In this document: piece after piece, positions 10,741-20,460 of the stretch | How the letters are laid out: the number at the start of each line of letters is the position of its first letter | Position numbering within the stretch: position 1 is the stretch's first letter | Origin: an uncultured delta proteobacterium | GTDB taxonomy: Bacteria; Myxococcota; Myxococcia; Myxococcales; Myxococcaceae | Length of the DNA stretch: 64,000 nucleotides | Reading direction: 5' to 3' | Assembly: GCA_963796055.1 (NCBI GenBank) | Contig: CAWCKH010000004.1 | Location: forward strand, 2,432,001-2,496,000 | Translations under genes and position numbers: made by a program | The notes under the pieces: model-generated | What the model was told of the DNA's origin: nothing | Databases searched by the model: none | Seen by the model: only the letters and a program-made list of their open reading frames with translations

Positions 10741-12159
10741 ATGGCGGACGGACGGCTGTGGATCGACGGGACCTGGGTACACGGTGAGCACCAGTCCGAG
10801 GTGCGCGCGCCCTGGGACAGCCGACTCCTCCGCCGGGTGGCGCAGGCCTCCGCCGCGCAGGCGGAGCAGGCGGTGTCCGTCGCCTTCGGTGCCCGGGAGC
10901 GGCTGCAGCGGCAGAGCACGGGGAAGCGGCGCGAGGTGCTCGAGGGCATCGGGACCGGGCTGCGGGCCCGGGGCGAGGAGATGGCGCAGTGCATCTGCCA
11001 CGAGGCGGGGAAGCCCATCACCCTGGCCCGGGTGGAGGTCCGGCGCGCCATCGAGGTGTTCCGGCTCGCCGCGGCCGAGCTCGGTCGATTCGGAGGATCC
11101 GCCATTCCGGTGGACCTGGACGCCGGCACCGAGGGCGTGGAGTGCGAGGTCCGCCGCTTCCCGGCCGGGGTGGTGGTGGGGATCGTCCCCTTCAACTTTC
11201 CCTTGAACCTCGGGGCCCACAAGGTCGCTCCGGCGCTCGCGGTGGGCGCGCCGATCGTGGTCAAGCCGCCGCCGCAGGCGCCCAGCGCGCAGCTGCTCCT
11301 GGCGGAGATCGCCCAGCAGGCCGGCGCGGACCCCGCGGCGCTGCAAGTCGTCACCTGCGACAACGCCGTCGCCGAGCGGCTGGCCACCGATCCGCGGGTG
11401 CGGATCCTCTCCTTCACCGGGAGCGCCGCAGTGGGCTGGGCGCTGAAGCAGAAGGCGCCGGGCCAGGTGCTGCTCGAGCTCGGGGGCAACGCGGCGGCGC
11501 TGGTCGGTGCGGACGCCGACCTGGACTGGGCCGCCGAGCGCTGCGTGGCCGCGGGATTCGGCTACGCGGGACAGGTCTGCATCAAGGTGCAGCGGGTCTA
11601 CGTCGAGGCGGTGGCACATGCGGCCTTCCTGGACAGGTTCCTCGCCCGGACGAGGTCCGTTCCCACTGGAGATCCCGCCGACGAGCGCACCGTGAGCGGG
11701 CCGGTGATCGACGACCGTTCCGCCGAGCGCATCACCGCGTGGGTCGACGAGGCGGTGGCCGGTGGGGCGCGCGTCCTCACCGGGCACCGGCGCGAGGGAC
11801 GGCTCTTGCAGCCCACCGTGCTCGCCGGCGTCCCCGAGGAATCGAAGGCGGCCCGGGAGGAGATCTTCGGCCCGGTGGTCGCCGTGTGGCCGGTGCCGGA
11901 CTGGGAGGCGGGCCTCCGCGCGGTGAACTCCGGGCAGTACGGGCTGCAGGCGGGCGTGTTCACCCGTGACCTCGCCCGCGTACGGCAGGCGTTCCATGGG
12001 CTCGAGGTGGGCGGGGTCATCGTCAACGACGCGCCCAACCTCCGGAGCGACAACATGCCCTACGGGGGCGTGAAGCGCAGCGGACTCGGCCGCGAGGGGG
12101 TGCGGTACGCGATGGACGAGCTGACCGAGGAGCGGGTGCTGGTCACCCGCCTGCGCTGA
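10741..12159 (+). CDS. Aldehyde dehydrogenase family protein
   Basis: PFNFPLNL, FTGS, LELGGN, catalytic GQVCI and EEIFGPV motifs. Confidence 0.95.
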   Translation: MADGRLWIDGTWVHGEHQSEVRAPWDSRLLRRVAQASAAQAEQAVSVAFGARERLQRQSTGKRREVLEGIGTGLRARGEEMAQCICHEAGKPITLARVEVRRAIEVFRLAAAELGRFGGSAIPVDLDAGTEGVECEVRRFPAGVVVGIVPFNFPLNLGAHKVAPALAVGAPIVVKPPPQAPSAQLLLAEIAQQAGADPAALQVVTCDNAVAERLATDPRVRILSFTGSAAVGWALKQKAPGQVLLELGGNAAALVGADADLDWAAERCVAAGFGYAGQVCIKVQRVYVEAVAHAAFLDRFLARTRSVPTGDPADERTVSGPVIDDRSAERITAWVDEAVAGGARVLTGHRREGRLLQPTVLAGVPEESKAAREEIFGPVVAVWPVPDWEAGLRAVNSGQYGLQAGVFTRDLARVRQAFHGLEVGGVIVNDAPNLRSDNMPYGGVKRSGLGREGVRYAMDELTEERVLVTRLR

Positions 12160-12169
12160 GGAGCGAGTC

Positions 12170-12619
12170 ATGGCCACCTACCGATGTCCGAGCTGTGGGG
12201 CCTTCAACCGGGTCGGGTCCGGGAGCGGGACGCCGGTGTGCGGCCGCTGCAAGCAGCCGATTCCCACCACCGGCGCTCCCCAGGATGTGGACAGCGCGGG
12301 GCTCGCCCGGGCCATCGCCGCCTCACCGGTCCCGCTGCTGGTCGACTTCTGGGCGCCGTGGTGCGGGCCGTGCAAGGTGGCGGCGCCGATCTTCGACCAG
12401 GTCGCCCACAAGCTCGCGGGCGAGGCGGTGGTGCTGAAGGTCGACACCGAGGCCAACCCGGACGCCGCAGCACAGCATCAGATCCGCGCCATCCCCACCG
12501 CGGTGCTCTTCCTCGGGGGAAAGGAGAAGGAGCGACGGATGGGCGTGCAACCGGCGCCCGCGCTCGAAGCATGGCTGCGGAGCGTGGGGGCGGAGGCCTC
12601 CACCCCCCGGGTGGCGTAG
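12170..12619 (+). CDS. trxC: Thioredoxin 2-type (N-terminal Zn finger plus WCGPC)
   Basis: CPSC...CGRC Zn site, DFWAPWCGPC active site and a GAGGAG RBS. Confidence 0.9.
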   Translation: MATYRCPSCGAFNRVGSGSGTPVCGRCKQPIPTTGAPQDVDSAGLARAIAASPVPLLVDFWAPWCGPCKVAAPIFDQVAHKLAGEAVVLKVDTEANPDAAAQHQIRAIPTAVLFLGGKEKERRMGVQPAPALEAWLRSVGAEASTPRVA

Positions 12620-12638
12620 CAGCGACGAGAGCCGGGGC

Positions 12639-12866
12639 TCAGCTCCTGGGAAGCGTCCTCGTCCCGCCCTTCAGCGGCGCGCCGATCAGAGGGCCGATCA
12701 GGCAGACGTTCACGAGGCCGGTGGCGATGGGAACCACACCCACCGCGGCGAGGATCGTCCCGGCAAGCCCCTGCACCACAGAGAGTCCCAGGTAGATCAG
12801 CGCTCCCCCTGCCACCACGCGCAGCACGCGTCCGAGCGGCGTGGCCATCCATTCGGCGAAGCACAT
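12639..12866 (-). CDS. DUF2892 (YgaP-like) two-TM membrane protein
   Basis: GRVLRVVAG...GVVPIATGLVNVCLIGPLIG pattern with the conserved Cys; GGAGG RBS before ATG 12866. Confidence 0.8.
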   Translation of the reverse strand: MCFAEWMATPLGRVLRVVAGGALIYLGLSVVQGLAGTILAAVGVVPIATGLVNVCLIGPLIGAPLKGGTRTLPRS

Positions 12867-12893
12867 GGAATCCTCCGCGAACACCCTTTCGGG

Positions 12894-12923
12894 CTGAGAG
12901 CCAGGGTGTCACGTCCAGGGTTC
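12894..12923 (-). promoter_or_regulatory. Putative ECF promoter, copy 1 (DUF2892)
   Basis: Minus strand GAACC-ctggacgtgacaccct-GGCTCTCAG, the same architecture as at 15680 and 21780. Confidence 0.7.
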
Positions 12924-12940
12924 GGTTACATTGCTCATGC

Positions 12941-13744
12941 ATGGCGCGCACCGACGAGGAGCTGCTGCAGGCGGCGCGGGCGGGCGACGACGAGGCGCTG
13001 GAGGCGCTGCTTGCCCGGCACGAACGTCAGATCTTCCGCTTCGGGCTACGGATGTGCGGCAACGAGGAGGACGCCCGCGACGTCCTTCAAGAAACGTTGC
13101 TCGCCGCGTTCAAGGGCGTCCGGCAGTTCCGGGGTGACGCCCAGCTCTCGACCTGGCTCTACCAGGTGGCGCGGAGCTTCTGCACCAAGGCGCGCCGGCG
13201 AGGGGCTGGTGAGCCCGCACGACACGAGCCGATCGAGGGCGCAGCGGCGCGCGCGGTGAGTGTCCCGGCCTCGGGGCCCGACGATCGCGCGCACGCCCGT
13301 GAGATGGCCCGGGTGCTCCAGGAGGCGCTGCTGGCGCTCCCCGATTCGCAACGGGAGGTGGTGCTCCTCCGGGACGTGGAGGGGCTCACCGCCGAGGAGG
13401 CCGCCCGGGTGGTGGGCATCGACGTCCCGGCGCTCAAGAGCCGGCTCCACCGGGCGCGCCTGGGACTTCAAGATCGGATCGCCGGGCTGCTCGGTGCCGA
13501 CTCCGGACACCCGGCGGCGTGCCCCGACCTGGCCCGCGAGCTGCTCGCCCACGACGAGGAGGAGCTTGACCAGGCAGCCTGTGCGCGGCTGCAGCAGCAC
13601 CTCGAGCGGTGTCCGCGCTGCGGCCCGGCCTGCGAGGAGCTGAAGCGGTCGGTGTCACTCTGCCGGGCGATCCCCGGGGGCGGCGTCCCCCCCGAGGTCC
13701 GGGCCCGGGTGCGACACGCGCTCCGGGTGGCGGTGCACGGCTGA
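12941..13744 (+). CDS. ECF sigma factor with fused C-terminal zinc-finger (zf-HC2/ZAS-like) domain
   Basis: Sigma2 (DARDVLQETLL, FRGDAQLSTWLY) and sigma4 (VVLLRDVEGL, LKSRLHRAR), then a tail with HLERCPRC and 6 Cys. Confidence 0.92.
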   Translation: MARTDEELLQAARAGDDEALEALLARHERQIFRFGLRMCGNEEDARDVLQETLLAAFKGVRQFRGDAQLSTWLYQVARSFCTKARRRGAGEPARHEPIEGAAARAVSVPASGPDDRAHAREMARVLQEALLALPDSQREVVLLRDVEGLTAEEAARVVGIDVPALKSRLHRARLGLQDRIAGLLGADSGHPAACPDLARELLAHDEEELDQAACARLQQHLERCPRCGPACEELKRSVSLCRAIPGGGVPPEVRARVRHALRVAVHG

Positions 13745-13819
13745 GCGGGGCTGGAAGCCTTTCCCGGACCGGCGTAAGCCACACCTCGGGCAGACCGGTC
13801 GGGGGGAAGGAGGAGAGGG

Positions 13820-15676
13820 GTGACCGCGGAAACGATGGAGCCGAGGACCTCGGTCCGGGGAGTCGGGACCCGTGCGGCCCATACGATTCCCGAGCTGCTT
13901 CTGGAGCGGGTGGCCGCAACGCCCACGGCGAGGGCGTTTCTCTACCCCCAGGGGGATTCCTGGAGCACCCTCTCCTGGGCCGAGCTCGGGGAACGGGTAC
14001 GGGCCGTGGCATGCGGGCTCCGGGCGCTGGGGCTCCGGATGGAGGAGCGCTGCGCCCTGCTCTCCGGAACCCGGCTGGACTGGATCGTGGCGGACCTGGC
14101 GACCCTCTGCGCCGGTGGGGCGACCACCACCATCTATCCGTCCAACACCGCAGACGACTGCGTCTACATCATCAACAACTCGGAGGCGGTCTTCCTGTTC
14201 GCCGAGAACGAGGAACAGGTGCAGAAGCTGTCCCCTCGCAGGAGCGAGCTCAAGACGGTGAAGAAGGTCATCGTCTTCGACGGAGCATCCTCGGCCGATG
14301 GTTGGGTGATGAGCCTTCAGCAATTGATCGACCTCGGACGGGCGAGCGATGCCCGCGAGCCGGCCTCGTTCGAGGCCATCGCCCGGGCGGTGCGGCCGGG
14401 GGACCTGGCGACGCTGATCTACACCTCCGGCACAACTGGTAGACCCAAGGGAGTGGAGCTGACCCACGACGCGTGGATCTCCCAGGCGGAGGCGATCGAC
14501 GCCCTGGAGATTCTGAGCGTCGACGACCTCCAGTACCTCTGGCTGCCCCTGGCGCACATCTTCGGCAAGGTGCTCGAGGTGGCGCAGCTCCGGATCGGCT
14601 TCCCCACGGCGATCGAAGGGAGGGTGGACCGGCTGGTGGACAACCTCCCGAAGATCCGCCCAACCTTCATCGCCGCCGTCCCTCGCATCTTCGAGAAGAT
14701 CTACAACCGGGTGATCGGCACCGGCCGGGACGCGGGCGGGGTGACCTACGCCATCTTCAAGTGGGCGTTCGGAGTCGGGGCCGAGGTCTCCCGGCTGCGC
14801 CAGGCGGGCCAGGCCCCAAGGGGACTGCTGGCGGCGAAGCACGCCGTCGCCAGCCGGCTGGTCTTCTCCAAGCTCCAGGCGCGCTTCGGCGGGCGGCTGC
14901 GGTTCTTCGTTTCCGGCAGCGCCCCCCTCTCCCGGACGGTTGCCGAGTTCTTCCACGCGGCCGACATCCTGATCCTCGAGGGCTACGGGTTGACCGAGAG
15001 CAGCGCCGCCAACTGCGTGAACCTCCCCACGCGGTACCGGTTCGGAACGGTGGGCCCCCCCTTGCCGGGAACCGAGCTGAAGATCGGCGAGGACGGGGAG
15101 ATCCTCATCCGGGGACGAGGGGTGATGCGGGGATACCACCGACTCCCCGAGGCGACGGCGGAGGCCCTGGATCCGGACGGATGGCTCCACAGCGGAGACC
15201 TCGGGCAGATCGACGATGGCTTCCTGGTGGTGACCGGGCGCAAGAAAGACCTCCTCAAGACTTCCAACGGCAAGTACATCGCACCGGCGGAGCTGGAGCT
15301 GAAGCTGAGGATCGCCTGCCCGCATGCGAGCCAGGTCCTGGTGCACGGGAACAACCGTCACTTCGTCTCCGCGCTCATCTCCCTCGACCCCGAGGCGCTT
15401 CGCGCCTGGGCCGGCGCGCACGGACACGAGCAGAAGAGTTACGAGGAGCTGGTGCGCTTGCCGGAGGTCTTCTCGCTGGTCGAGCAGTGCGTGACCGCGC
15501 TCAACGGCCAGCTGGCGAGCTTCGAGACCATCAAGAAGTTCATCATCCTTCCCCAGGACCTGACGGTAGAGACAGGGGAGCTGACCCCGAGCCTGAAGCT
15601 CAAGCGCCAGATGGTGGAGCGCAAGTATCAGGCCCTCCTCGACGAGCTCTACAAGGACGCGGTGGCCCAGCTGTAG
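13820..15676 (+). CDS. Long-chain fatty acid-CoA ligase (AMP-dependent synthetase)
   Basis: IYTSGTTGRPKG, EGYGLTE, GWLHSGD, TGRKKD and LTPSLKLKR motifs; strong RBS. Confidence 0.93.
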   Translation: MTAETMEPRTSVRGVGTRAAHTIPELLLERVAATPTARAFLYPQGDSWSTLSWAELGERVRAVACGLRALGLRMEERCALLSGTRLDWIVADLATLCAGGATTTIYPSNTADDCVYIINNSEAVFLFAENEEQVQKLSPRRSELKTVKKVIVFDGASSADGWVMSLQQLIDLGRASDAREPASFEAIARAVRPGDLATLIYTSGTTGRPKGVELTHDAWISQAEAIDALEILSVDDLQYLWLPLAHIFGKVLEVAQLRIGFPTAIEGRVDRLVDNLPKIRPTFIAAVPRIFEKIYNRVIGTGRDAGGVTYAIFKWAFGVGAEVSRLRQAGQAPRGLLAAKHAVASRLVFSKLQARFGGRLRFFVSGSAPLSRTVAEFFHAADILILEGYGLTESSAANCVNLPTRYRFGTVGPPLPGTELKIGEDGEILIRGRGVMRGYHRLPEATAEALDPDGWLHSGDLGQIDDGFLVVTGRKKDLLKTSNGKYIAPAELELKLRIACPHASQVLVHGNNRHFVSALISLDPEALRAWAGAHGHEQKSYEELVRLPEVFSLVEQCVTALNGQLASFETIKKFIILPQDLTVETGELTPSLKLKRQMVERKYQALLDELYKDAVAQL

Positions 15677-15679
15677 CCC

Positions 15680-15709
15680 GAACCTCTGGCGCCGCCGCGA
15701 GGCTCTCAT
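15680..15709 (+). promoter_or_regulatory. Putative ECF promoter, copy 2 (second thioredoxin)
   Basis: GAACC-tctggcgccgccgcga-GGCTCTCAT, followed by GGAGGT and ATG 15722. Confidence 0.7.
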
Positions 15710-15721
15710 CGGCCGGAGGTG

Positions 15722-16202
15722 ATGGCCCCTGGACGTCTTCCGCTGCTCGGGCTGCGGCCTGTTCCTCAGGCTGGAGGTCGAAGCCCCCAATGTTCACGGC
15801 TGCGCCCGATGCGGGGGAGCGGTGTCCGAGCAGGGAGCACCCCAGCCGGTCGCGCTGTCCTCCCTCCGTGAGGCGGTCCGCTCGGCTCCGGTCCCGCTGC
15901 TGGTCGAGTTCTGGGCGCCGGAGTGCGAGCCGTGCCTCACCTCGGCAGTGGTGGTGGACGCGGTGAGCCACCGGCTCGCGGGCGAGGCCGTGGTTCTGCG
16001 GCTCGACGTCGAGGAGAACCCCGAGGCCTGCGAGGCCTACGGGGTCCTCGCGGTCCCCACCCTCGTGCTCTTCGCCGCGGGCCAGGAGCGGGGACGGCGG
16101 GTCGGGCGGGTGCAGGCCCGCCAGATCGAGGCGTGGGTTCGTGGCCGCGACGGCATGGACCTGGCTCCGCTCCCTCGTGCGGCGATCGGCCGCCAGGGCT
16201 AG
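15722..16202 (+). CDS. TrxC-like thioredoxin paralog with atypical ECEPC site; apparent +1 frameshift at 15726-15729
   Basis: Removing one C from the CCCC run gives MALDVFRCSGCGLFLRLEVEAPNVHGCARCGGAVSEQGAPQ, continuous with ORF 15822-16202 (EFWAPECEPC). Confidence 0.8.
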
Positions 16203-16235
16203 CGAGGACCGTTCACCCCGGGGTGGTTTCGGCCA

Positions 16236-19200
16236 TCAGGTCGGCTTCGCGGTCAGCGCTCCGTGCCCGGGGGGAGCGGGCGGGGATTCCATCACCGCCA
16301 CCGGTGCGCCCGGTCCCACGGCGAACCTGCGCGCCAGCACGGTGTACAGGACCGGAACCGCGATGCGTGAGAGCAACGTCGCGGCGACCTCGCCGGCCAT
16401 CATGCTGATCGCCAGGCCCTGGAAGATGGGGTCGGCCAGCATCACCGCGCTCCCCACCACCACCGCCGCGGCAGTGAGCAGCATCGGGCGGAAGCGCACC
16501 ACCCCGGCTTCCTCCACCGCGACCTCCAGCGGCATTCCCTCCGCGACTTTGAGCTGGATGAAGTCCACCAGGATGATGCTGTTGCGCACGATGATGCCCG
16601 CGCCGGCGATGAAGCCGATCATGCTGGTGGCGGTGAAGAAGGCCCCCAGCAGCCCGTGCGCCGGAAGGATGCCGATCAGGCTCAGGGGAATCGGCAGCAG
16701 CACCACCAGGGGGATGATGAAGCTGTCGAACCAGCCCACGACCAGCACGTAGATCAGCACCAGCACCGCGGCGAAGGCGAGCCCCAGGTCCCGGAACACC
16801 TCGAGCGTGATGTGCCACTCGCCGTCCCACTTCATCGCCAGCCGCTCGGTGTCGGCGGGCATGGACAGGCCGAACCGCGGCACCCCCTCGCCGTGCGGCC
16901 GGAGCGCGTCCAGCTTCCGGTTCAGCGCCATCAGCGCGTAGACCGGGCTCTCCTCGCTGCCGGACAGCTCGCCGAAGACGTAGCTCACCGGCTCGAGGTT
17001 CTTGTGGAAGATGGGGGGGCCTCCCACCTCCGCCGGACGGACCAGCGTCTCCAGCGGCACGGCTCCCCGCTCGCCCTGGACCGGGATCTGGAGGAGGTCG
17101 GTGAGCCGGTCGCGCTGCGCCGGCGCGAGCCCGAGCACGATGGGCACCCGGGTCGTCCCCCGATCGAGGCGCAGCGTGCCCAGCTCGGTCGCGGGCTGGG
17201 TGAGCGCCAGCGCCTGCACGACGCTGGCCGGGCTCACCCCCTGCAGCGCCGCCCGCTCCCGGTCGACCTGGAGCACCGTCCTCGGGGTCACCGGCTCGAG
17301 CGAGGAGTCGATGTCCACCACCCCCGGGGTGGTGCGGAAGGCCTGGCGCACCTGGCCGGCGTAGCCGTCGCGCTCGGCAGCGGTCGGCCCGTAGATCTCC
17401 GCCACCAGTGTGGCGAGCACCGGCGGACCGGGCGGGATCTCCACCAGCCGCAGCCGCGCCCCGAGCGGCGCGGTGATCTTCGTGAGCTTCGGCCGGAGCG
17501 TGGTGGCGATCTGATGGCTCGATCGCTTTCGCGCGTGCTTGCTCACCAGCTGGACCGCGAGGTCCACCTGCTCGGGCGCACCGCGGAGGAAGGTGTGCCG
17601 CACCATGCCGACGAAGGTCATCGGGACCGGGGCGAGCGAGTGCACCTGGACGGCTTGCACGTCCGGATCCTCGAGCAACGCGTGCCCCAGCTGCTGACCC
17701 ACCGCCAGCGACTGCTCCCGGGTGGCCCCGGCAGGGAGATCCACGAACACCTGGAACTCCGACTTGTTGTCGAAGGGAAGCATCTTCACCCGCACGAACC
17801 CGGTTCCGACCAGCGCCACCGCTCCGGCGAAGAGCGCCACGATCAGCGCCAGGAATCGGAGCCGAGCCCGACCGGAGTGCAGGAGGGTACGGATGATCCG
17901 CCGGTACGTCCGCGTGGACCAGGTCTCCCGGCTCTCGTCCGCGGCGACCTTGTGGTCGTGGCCGAGCAGCCGCATCGCCGCCCAGGGCGCGACCACGAAG
18001 GCCACCGCCAGCGAGAACAGCATCGCCAGGCTCCCGCCGACGGGGATGGGCCGCATGTACGGCCCCATCAGCCCGCGGACGAAGGCCATGGGGAGGATGG
18101 CGGCGATGACCGCGAAGGTGGCGAGGATGGTGGGGTTTCCCACCTCGTCCACCGCATCGAGCACCGTCCGCGCCAGACCCGTCTTCCGCCCGGGGGCGTG
18201 CAGGTGGCGGTGGACGTTCTCCATCACCACGATCGCGTCGTCCACCAGGATGCCGATGGAGAAGATGAGCGCGAAGAGGGTGATGCGGTTCAGGGTGTTG
18301 CCCAGCAGCTGGTTGATGAGCAGGGTCAGCGACAGGGTCACCGGGACGGCGATCCCCACCACCAGCGCCGAGCGCCAGCCCATCGCCAGACCCACCAGCG
18401 CCACCACCGAGAGCGTGGCGATGAGGAGGTGGCGGATGAGCTCGTCCGACCGCTCGCGCGCGGTCTCGCCCGAGTTCCGGGTCAGCTCGACCTGGACCGT
18501 GGAAGGGGTGAGCCCCCCGCGGAGCGTGGCCAGCTTGGCCTTCACCCGATCGGCCAGCACGGTGGCATTGGCGCCCCGCCGCTTGGCCACGTCCACCGAG
18601 ACCGCCTGCTCGAACTCCGGGTGCTCCTTGCTCGCGGTGAGGACGACTGCCGGGTCCCGCTCGGGCCCGTCGGCGACCTGCGCCACGTCCCCGAGCAGGA
18701 TGGGCCTTCCCCCGCGCCGGGCGACCACCAGGCGCCGGAGGGCATCGGGGCCAGTGACCGCGCTGCTCGCCGAGAGCTCCACCCGCCGGTTCTGGTCCAC
18801 CAGGTCCCCGGCGGGTGCCTCGGCGTCGGCGGACAGGAGCGCCTGGCGGATCTCCCCCAGCGAGAGGTCCAGCTCGCGGAGCCGGCGGGGATCCGGCTCG
18901 ACGCGGACCACCCGTCGCGCGCCACCGAGGACCTGCACCTGCGCGGCCTCGGGGATGCTCGACAGCTCCCGCGCCACCTCCTGGCCGAGCTGCCGTAGCA
19001 CCCCCGGCGCCAGCCCGCCGCCGTGGAGCGTGACCGTCACCACCGGCACGTCGTCGATGGCGACCAGCGACACCGTCGGGCGCCCGGCGCGGCGAGACAA
19101 GAGCTCCGGATGGGCCTCGATCTCCTGGCGCACCTTCACCAGGCTGGGCTCGAGCGGCTCGTTCACCCGGAAACGGGCGGTGAGCAACGCCCCGTCGCGG

Positions 19201-19478
19201 GCGCTGCTCGAGTAGACGTACTCCACCCCGGGGATGCCCCAGAGCCGGTGCTCGAGCCCGGTGGTGACCTCGGCCTCCACCTCCTGCGGCGAGGCGCCGG
19301 GCAGGGGAACGAAGACGTCGACCATCGGGACGATGATCTGCGGCTCCTCCTCGCGCGGGGTGGTGAGCACCGACACCACGCCCACGACCAGCGCGGCGGC
19401 GATGCCGAGGACCGTCAATCTCGAGTGGATGGTCCTCGCGGCCAGCCGGCCGGCCAGACCCGCCCGAGGCTCACTCAC
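16236..19478 (-). CDS. RND efflux transporter permease subunit
   Basis: 1080 aa; TPREEEPQI, GILVDDAIVVMEN and RFRPMLLT motifs. Confidence 0.95.
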   Translation of the reverse strand: MSEPRAGLAGRLAARTIHSRLTVLGIAAALVVGVVSVLTTPREEEPQIIVPMVDVFVPLPGASPQEVEAEVTTGLEHRLWGIPGVEYVYSSSARDGALLTARFRVNEPLEPSLVKVRQEIEAHPELLSRRAGRPTVSLVAIDDVPVVTVTLHGGGLAPGVLRQLGQEVARELSSIPEAAQVQVLGGARRVVRVEPDPRRLRELDLSLGEIRQALLSADAEAPAGDLVDQNRRVELSASSAVTGPDALRRLVVARRGGRPILLGDVAQVADGPERDPAVVLTASKEHPEFEQAVSVDVAKRRGANATVLADRVKAKLATLRGGLTPSTVQVELTRNSGETARERSDELIRHLLIATLSVVALVGLAMGWRSALVVGIAVPVTLSLTLLINQLLGNTLNRITLFALIFSIGILVDDAIVVMENVHRHLHAPGRKTGLARTVLDAVDEVGNPTILATFAVIAAILPMAFVRGLMGPYMRPIPVGGSLAMLFSLAVAFVVAPWAAMRLLGHDHKVAADESRETWSTRTYRRIIRTLLHSGRARLRFLALIVALFAGAVALVGTGFVRVKMLPFDNKSEFQVFVDLPAGATREQSLAVGQQLGHALLEDPDVQAVQVHSLAPVPMTFVGMVRHTFLRGAPEQVDLAVQLVSKHARKRSSHQIATTLRPKLTKITAPLGARLRLVEIPPGPPVLATLVAEIYGPTAAERDGYAGQVRQAFRTTPGVVDIDSSLEPVTPRTVLQVDRERAALQGVSPASVVQALALTQPATELGTLRLDRGTTRVPIVLGLAPAQRDRLTDLLQIPVQGERGAVPLETLVRPAEVGGPPIFHKNLEPVSYVFGELSGSEESPVYALMALNRKLDALRPHGEGVPRFGLSMPADTERLAMKWDGEWHITLEVFRDLGLAFAAVLVLIYVLVVGWFDSFIIPLVVLLPIPLSLIGILPAHGLLGAFFTATSMIGFIAGAGIIVRNSIILVDFIQLKVAEGMPLEVAVEEAGVVRFRPMLLTAAAVVVGSAVMLADPIFQGLAISMMAGEVAATLLSRIAVPVLYTVLARRFAVGPGAPVAVMESPPAPPGHGALTAKPT

Positions 19479-20460
19479 CGGCCACCTCCACCCGCTCTCC
19501 GTCCCGGAGGCTCGCTGGAGCGTCGATGACCCGCTCCCCTGGTCCGAGCCCGGCGAGTACGGGAATCCGGTCCCCCTCCTGCTCTCCGAACCGGAGCCAG
19601 CGGAGCGTCGCTCGCCCGTCGGCGAGGACGAAGACGCCGCTCAGGTCTCCCCGCTGCACCACCGCGGTGCGCGGTACCGCCTGCCGCGGACCGCCCGCCC
19701 CCTTCACCCCGATGCGCGCGAAGTCCCCGCTCCGCAGCGCGGGCGCGTCCTTGGTCGGACGGGCCCGGAAGGCGCTCCGGTGGGAGAGGGGGTCCCCGCC
19801 GGACGAGAGCGCCACCAGCGTCGCCGAGCCCTGAACGGCGCCGACCCGGAATGGGACCTCGGCCCCGACCGCCAGCCCGGCTGCCTCGCCCTCGGAGAAG
19901 GTCCCGGTGAGCTCGAGCGCGGTGCCGTCCAGCTCGAGCAGCGGGGCGCCCGGGCCGACCAGCTGCCCCCGGCTCACCCACTTGCGTTGCACCGCCGCGT
20001 CGAACGGTGCGCGGATGACCGTGTCCGCCAGCGTGGCCCGCGCGGCCTCCACCCGGGCCATCGCCTCCGCACGGGCGGTCATCGCCGCGTCGAGCTCGGT
20101 GGCGGTCGCGGCGTTCGCCGCCCGGAGCGCCTGGATGCGCCGCACCTGGGACTCGGCCACCTCCCGCTGGCTCTCGGCGGCCCGGAGCGTGGCCTGGACG
20201 TCGTCGCCCGACAGGCGGACCAGCACCTCGCCGCGCTTCACCCGGGCACCCTCGGCCACCGACAGCTCGGTCACCCGGGCCGACACGCGGGTGGCGAGCA
20301 CCGCGTGGTCCACCGCGCTCACCGTGGCCGGCACCCAGGCCCGCTCGCCGACCTCCTCGGCCGGAACCAGTCGCACCCTGGCGGGCGGAGCCTCGGGTGC
20401 AGCGGGCGAATGGCTCGCGCTGCAGCCGGCGACGAGGAGAAGGACGACGCTGCGCTTCAC
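19471..20460 (-). CDS. RND periplasmic adaptor (membrane fusion) lipoprotein
   Basis: The GTG overlaps the TolC stop; VAGC lipobox; VAEGARVKRGEVL and IRAPFD lipoyl motifs. Confidence 0.92.
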   Translation of the reverse strand: MKRSVVLLLVAGCSASHSPAAPEAPPARVRLVPAEEVGERAWVPATVSAVDHAVLATRVSARVTELSVAEGARVKRGEVLVRLSGDDVQATLRAAESQREVAESQVRRIQALRAANAATATELDAAMTARAEAMARVEAARATLADTVIRAPFDAAVQRKWVSRGQLVGPGAPLLELDGTALELTGTFSEGEAAGLAVGAEVPFRVGAVQGSATLVALSSGGDPLSHRSAFRARPTKDAPALRSGDFARIGVKGAGGPRQAVPRTAVVQRGDLSGVFVLADGRATLRWLRFGEQEGDRIPVLAGLGPGERVIDAPASLRDGERVEVAGE

